From Alphaproteobacteria bacterium (GTDB taxonomy: Bacteria > Pseudomonadota > Alphaproteobacteria > UBA828), in contig CAXXMU010000006.1 in assembly GCA_963667785.2 (NCBI GenBank), forward strand, positions 832,001-896,000: 64,000 nt of DNA, in the 5' to 3' direction. Below are positions 60,065-64,000 of this stretch, one piece after another. Numbering within the stretch: position 1 is the first letter of the stretch; each line of letters starts with the position of its first letter. Both the position numbers and the translations under genes were made by a program. The notes under the pieces are model-generated. The model was not told the DNA's origin and searched no databases. It saw nothing but the letters and a program-made list of their open reading frames with translations.

Positions 60065-62176
60065 ATGATCGCTGTTGCGGCGGGGCTCGGCGCTCGCCTC
60101 GGCGCCGTCTGGGCCGCCGAGCGCCAGAGGCTGTTCCTCTGGGTCCCGGTCCTCTTCGGTGCGGGAAGCGGCCTCTATCTGACGCTGCCGGTGGAGCCGG
60201 TGGGCTGGGCAGCGCCGGCCGCCGCCGGGCTCTTCGCGACCCTCGCGCTGCTGCTGCGCCGACGCGCGGCGCCGGCACTGGCGCTTGCGGCGCTGGCGCT
60301 TCTCGCCGCCGGCGTCGCCGTCGCCGACTGGCGGACCGAGCGGGTGCGGGCGCCGGTGCTCGCCGCCCCGGTCGGCCCCACCGACGTTTCCGGGCGCGTG
60401 CTCTGGGTCGGCGCGGGCGACGGCCCGCAGCGCTACCTGCTCGATCACGTGCGCATCGAAGGCGTCGCGCCCGAGCGAACGCCCGAGCGGGTGCGAATCA
60501 GCGTCCGCAGCGGCACCCCCGGCGTCGTGGCGGCGCCGGGCGAGTGGCTCGCGGCGCGCGCCTCGCTCAGGCCGCCGCCCGCGCCGGCTGAGCCGGGCGC
60601 CTGGGACTTCGCGCGCCAGGCCTGGTTTCAGCGGATCGGCGCCGTCGGCTTCTCCTACGGCGCGCCCGAGGCGGCGCCGACGCTTGCAGGAGAAGGCGGC
60701 GGCCTGCTCTCCCTGCTCTCCCGGGTCCGCCACTGGGTTGCCGCCCGCATCCTCGCCCACGCGTCTCCCTCGGCGGGGCCGTTCGCGGCGGCACTGCTCA
60801 CCGGGGACCGCAGCGCCATCGACCGCTCCGCCCTCGCCGCGATGCGGGATTCCGGCCTTGCCCATCTGCTGGCGATCTCGGGCCTGCATGTCGGCCTCGT
60901 CGCCGGGTTTATCTTCTTCGCCGCGCGCGGCCTGCTGGCGCTGGCCGAGCCGCTCGCCCTCAGGAGGCCGATCAAGAAGTGGGCGGCGGCAGCGGCGCTG
61001 CTGGGAGCTGCGGCCTATCTGCTGCTGTCGGGCATGAGCGTGCCGACACAGCGGGCGTTCGTCATGGTGGGCGTCGTGCTGGTCGCGATCATGCTGGATC
61101 GCGCCAGCCTCTCGATGCGGTTGATCGCCTGGGCGGCGCTGCTGGTGCTGGCGCTAGCGCCGGAGAGCATGCTGGGGCCGAGCTTCCAGATGTCCTTCGC
61201 CGCGGCGACGGCGCTGATCGCGACCTACGAGGCGGCACGTCGCCCCCTCGCCCGCCTCGCAGCGCGCGGCGGGCTGGCGCTGCGCCCCCTCGTCTACGGC
61301 GCCGGCGTCGCGTTGACCTCGCTGGTCGCCGGCATCGCCACCGGCCCGTTCGCCGTCTACCACTTCAACCGCTTCGCCGACTACGGCCTGCTCGCGAACC
61401 TCGGCGCCGTGCCGATCACGGGCTTCTGGATCATGCCCTGGGGGCTTGTCGCGCTCGTCCTCATGCCGTTCGGGCTGGAAGGGCTCGCGCTTGCGCCCAT
61501 GGGCTGGGGGATCGACGCGGTGGTCTGGATCGCGAGCCAGGTGGCGGCGCAGCCGGGGGCGGTGTCGCTGGTTCCGGCGATGCCGCCCGAGGCGCTCATC
61601 GTGATCGCGGTGGGCGGGCTCTGGCTCTGTCTCTGGCGCAGCCGCTGGCGCTTCCTCGGCGTGCTGGTCATCGGCTGCGGCCTGCTGCTGGCGGGCCTCG
61701 AGCGCCGGCCGGACGTTCTGGTCGACGGCGATGCGCGGATCGTCGCCGTGCGCGGCGAGGACGGGCGGCTCTGGCTCTCCACCCGCGCGCGCGGTCGCTT
61801 CGTCAGCGACATGTGGCTGAGACGGGACGGACAGGCGGAGACGCCCACCTGGCCGCGCGCCGGCGCGGGCGATGACGCCGCGGGCCTCCGCTGCGATACG
61901 CTGGGGTGCATCCAGCGGCGCGATGGCAGCACCGTTGCGTTCGTGCGCGATCCGCGCGCGCTCGAGGAGGACTGCGCCCGCGCCGACCTCGTGGTCAGCA
62001 CCGTCCCCGCCTGGGACCTGTGCGCGGGCCCCGGCACCGTCGTCGACCGCTTCGACCTCTGGCGCAACGGGGGCCACGCGATCTGGCTGGAGCCGGACGG
62101 CGCGCGGGTCGAAAGCGTGGCGGAGAGGCGCGGGAAGCGGCCCTGGGTCGCTTCCCGGCGCGCGTCGGGAGATTGA
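60065..62176 (+). CDS. comEC: ComEC/Rec2 competence protein
   Basis: [25 protein letters not shown] and GLLANL. Lies between gltX and lexA. Confidence 0.9.
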   Translation: MIAVAAGLGARLGAVWAAERQRLFLWVPVLFGAGSGLYLTLPVEPVGWAAPAAAGLFATLALLLRRRAAPALALAALALLAAGVAVADWRTERVRAPVLAAPVGPTDVSGRVLWVGAGDGPQRYLLDHVRIEGVAPERTPERVRISVRSGTPGVVAAPGEWLAARASLRPPPAPAEPGAWDFARQAWFQRIGAVGFSYGAPEAAPTLAGEGGGLLSLLSRVRHWVAARILAHASPSAGPFAAALLTGDRSAIDRSALAAMRDSGLAHLLAISGLHVGLVAGFIFFAARGLLALAEPLALRRPIKKWAAAAALLGAAAYLLLSGMSVPTQRAFVMVGVVLVAIMLDRASLSMRLIAWAALLVLALAPESMLGPSFQMSFAAATALIATYEAARRPLARLAARGGLALRPLVYGAGVALTSLVAGIATGPFAVYHFNRFADYGLLANLGAVPITGFWIMPWGLVALVLMPFGLEGLALAPMGWGIDAVVWIASQVAAQPGAVSLVPAMPPEALIVIAVGGLWLCLWRSRWRFLGVLVIGCGLLLAGLERRPDVLVDGDARIVAVRGEDGRLWLSTRARGRFVSDMWLRRDGQAETPTWPRAGAGDDAAGLRCDTLGCIQRRDGSTVAFVRDPRALEEDCARADLVVSTVPAWDLCAGPGTVVDRFDLWRNGGHAIWLEPDGARVESVAERRGKRPWVASRRASGD

Positions 62177-62207
62177 GCGCGGTAGGCGCCGGGAACGCGG
62201 TGAGCGC

Positions 62208-62915
62208 TCAGTAGCGGCGCAGGATGGCCCTGAGCCGCCCCTGCACCTTGACCCGGCCGGGGCCGAAGATGCGCGTCTCGTAGCGCGTGTTCGCCGGCTC
62301 CAGCGCGGTCGACTGGCCCTTGATACGCAGCCGCTTCAGCGTCACCTCGCTGTCGTCCACCAGGGCCACCACGACGGTGCCGTTCTCCGCCGTTTCGCAA
62401 CGCTCGATCACGGCGGTATCGCCGTCGAGAATCCCGGCGTCGATCATCGAATCGCCGTCGACCTCGAGCGCGTAATGCTCGCCCGCCCCCAGCATGCCGC
62501 CGGGCACGTCGATGTGGTTCGTCTCGTCGCGCAGCGCCTCGATCGGCGTGCCGGCCGCGATGCGGCCGTAGAGCGGCAGCGCGACGCTCGCCCGATCGTC
62601 GGACGGGCGCTCGGTCCCGCGTCCGGAGCGGAAGTCGCCCTTGATCACGCTCGGCCGGAAGCGCCGGCCCGGTTGACGCTCCGGTCCGCACGCGGCACGG
62701 GAGGGTGGCCGCCTCAGAACCTCGAGCGCCCGCGCCCGGTGCGGCAAACGCCGCAGGAATCCTCGTTCTTCGAGCGCCTTCACGAGGCGATGAATGCCCG
62801 ATTTCGACTTGAGATTGACCGCTTCCTTCATTTCCTCGAACGAAGGTGCGATTCCACGCCGGTCGAGATAGGAATCGATGAACAGCAAGAGCTCCATCTG
62901 CTTCCTGGTCAGCAT
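62208..62915 (-). CDS. lexA: SOS repressor LexA
   Basis: [14 protein letters not shown], cleavage site IAAG, GDSM (catalytic Ser) and TLKR (catalytic Lys). Confidence 0.96.
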   Translation of the reverse strand: MLTRKQMELLLFIDSYLDRRGIAPSFEEMKEAVNLKSKSGIHRLVKALEERGFLRRLPHRARALEVLRRPPSRAACGPERQPGRRFRPSVIKGDFRSGRGTERPSDDRASVALPLYGRIAAGTPIEALRDETNHIDVPGGMLGAGEHYALEVDGDSMIDAGILDGDTAVIERCETAENGTVVVALVDDSEVTLKRLRIKGQSTALEPANTRYETRIFGPGRVKVQGRLRAILRRY

Positions 62916-62958
62916 CGGCCGGGCTCCATCAATCGAACCATGTCCATATGGCTGATAT

Positions 62959-62973
62959 GTTCTAGTTTAGTTC
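62959..62973. promoter_or_regulatory. Alphaproteobacterial SOS (LexA) box
   Basis: GTTC-TAGTTTA-GTTC matches GTTC-N7-GTTC and lies 43 bp upstream of the lexA ATG. Confidence 0.8.
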
Positions 62974-63254
62974 GCGTTTCGTGTCAAGCGGGCAATCACA
63001 CGAGACGCCACAATTCGCACTACTCAGTCTTCCACACGCGTCCCCGGTGGCGCAAATTCGCCCCTGCCGGGGCCCGCACCGCTCCTCCCGCCACGAAAAA
63101 CGGGAGCGCCGAGCACGTTGCCGACGCTGCGTCACGATCTTTCGCAAAACCAATAATTCGACGATTTAACTTCGCGATCGGGAGGGGACTTTTGCCGCGA
63201 AGTCTGATATGGTGCGCAGGCGAAAAGACAGAATCAACCGTAATAGGCAAATCA

Positions 63255-63533
63255 ATGGCTCCGAGCTCTTCCTCTCGTATCGACGAAGGCGCCCTGACCA
63301 AGGGACAGCGCCGCAAGCTCAATGCCCTGAGAAAGTCCGTCGGCAACGAAGTCGGTGAACGCGCGTTCGCCGAATGGCTTGCGTCGCGACCGGTGGCAAA
63401 AGCGGACGAGAACGCAGCGTTGATCGTCGATACGCTCTGGCCCCTCGTGCAGGACGGTACGCTCGCTATTCCGCGCGGCGGCTATCTTCTCAGACGCGGC
63501 CGCGGCCGCATCATCGTCGAGCCGGCCCGCTAG
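63255..63533 (+). CDS. Hypothetical basic small protein (92 aa)
   Basis: Protein-like sequence MAPSSSSRIDEGALTKGQRRKLNALRKSVGNEVGERAFAEWL...IPRGGYLLRRGRGRIIVEPAR, divergent from lexA. Confidence 0.6.
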   Translation: MAPSSSSRIDEGALTKGQRRKLNALRKSVGNEVGERAFAEWLASRPVAKADENAALIVDTLWPLVQDGTLAIPRGGYLLRRGRGRIIVEPAR

Positions 63534-64000
63534 CAACGACTCGCGGACGTTCGGGACGGTCCTCGCTTGTTCGGGGCCGTTCCCGGCGCTCGGACGCCGG
63601 CGTTTGCGGCAAGGCCGGACCACCCGGCCCGAGAATCGGCGCCGCACGTTCTCCCTCTGGCGGTCCCGCGGCCGGCCTCGGCCGGGCGGATTCCGTCCCG
63701 TCCAGGCGCACCGGGCGGGCGACCGCCGTGAGCCCTCGTGACCGAATAATGCGCTGAATCGAAAGACGGAATCGCGGCCTTATCCGACTGGATAACAGCG
63801 GCATCGGGCACGCTTTTCGACGCGCCCGCGGGAGATCGTTCCGGCACGACCCGCGATCGTTCCGTCTCCGCTCTCCCCGATGTTCTCGCCGGGAACCGAA
63901 GAACGTTCATGCAAACGGCCGCTCGGACGCGGCGGCCCCTGCTCCGGGCGCTTCGTCAGGCACTCGGCAAGGAACATGCCGCCATTGGCGAGCCTATAGC

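Noticed and set aside
63534-64000. Short ORFs at the window end
   Set aside because: No motifs or convincing RBS, and the region is cut by the window edge.

Overview
Very GC-rich alphaproteobacterial chromosomal segment, Rhodospirillales-like. The assignment rests on the yceD-rpmF-plsX-fabH-ihfA-merR and lexA-comEC-gltX gene orders and a GTTC-N7-GTTC SOS box. Bases 1-29 kb are catabolic accessory genes: a frameshifted acyl-CoA ligase, an acetamidase, a Rieske oxygenase/Lrp/GS-like ligase cluster, a PotABCD-type ABC importer, DUF917 + hydantoinase/oxoprolinase + racemase, maeB and doeA. Bases 29-42 kb and 58-63 kb are mostly housekeeping. The best candidate for an undescribed system is at 42-50 kb. 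There, a polar-amino-acid SBP-permease fusion and a second permease both lack the EAA (ATPase-coupling) loop and have no ATPase gene beside them. They are co-oriented with a membrane HAMP-PP2C (SpoIIE/RsbU) phosphatase, with a second SBP and a STAS protein nearby, which suggests an ABC importer repurposed as a sensor for partner-switching. Other notable items are an in-frame znuC'-'znuB deletion fusion, a barbiturase-like enzyme paired with a CodA/AtzC-like deaminase, and two copies of a CTAG-ended mosaic palindromic repeat, one carrying a nested second repeat. There is also an OxyR-type box and an unannotated small ORF upstream of oxyR. I saw no tRNA, rRNA, CRISPR array or transposase. All product calls come from motifs read by eye, not from database searches.
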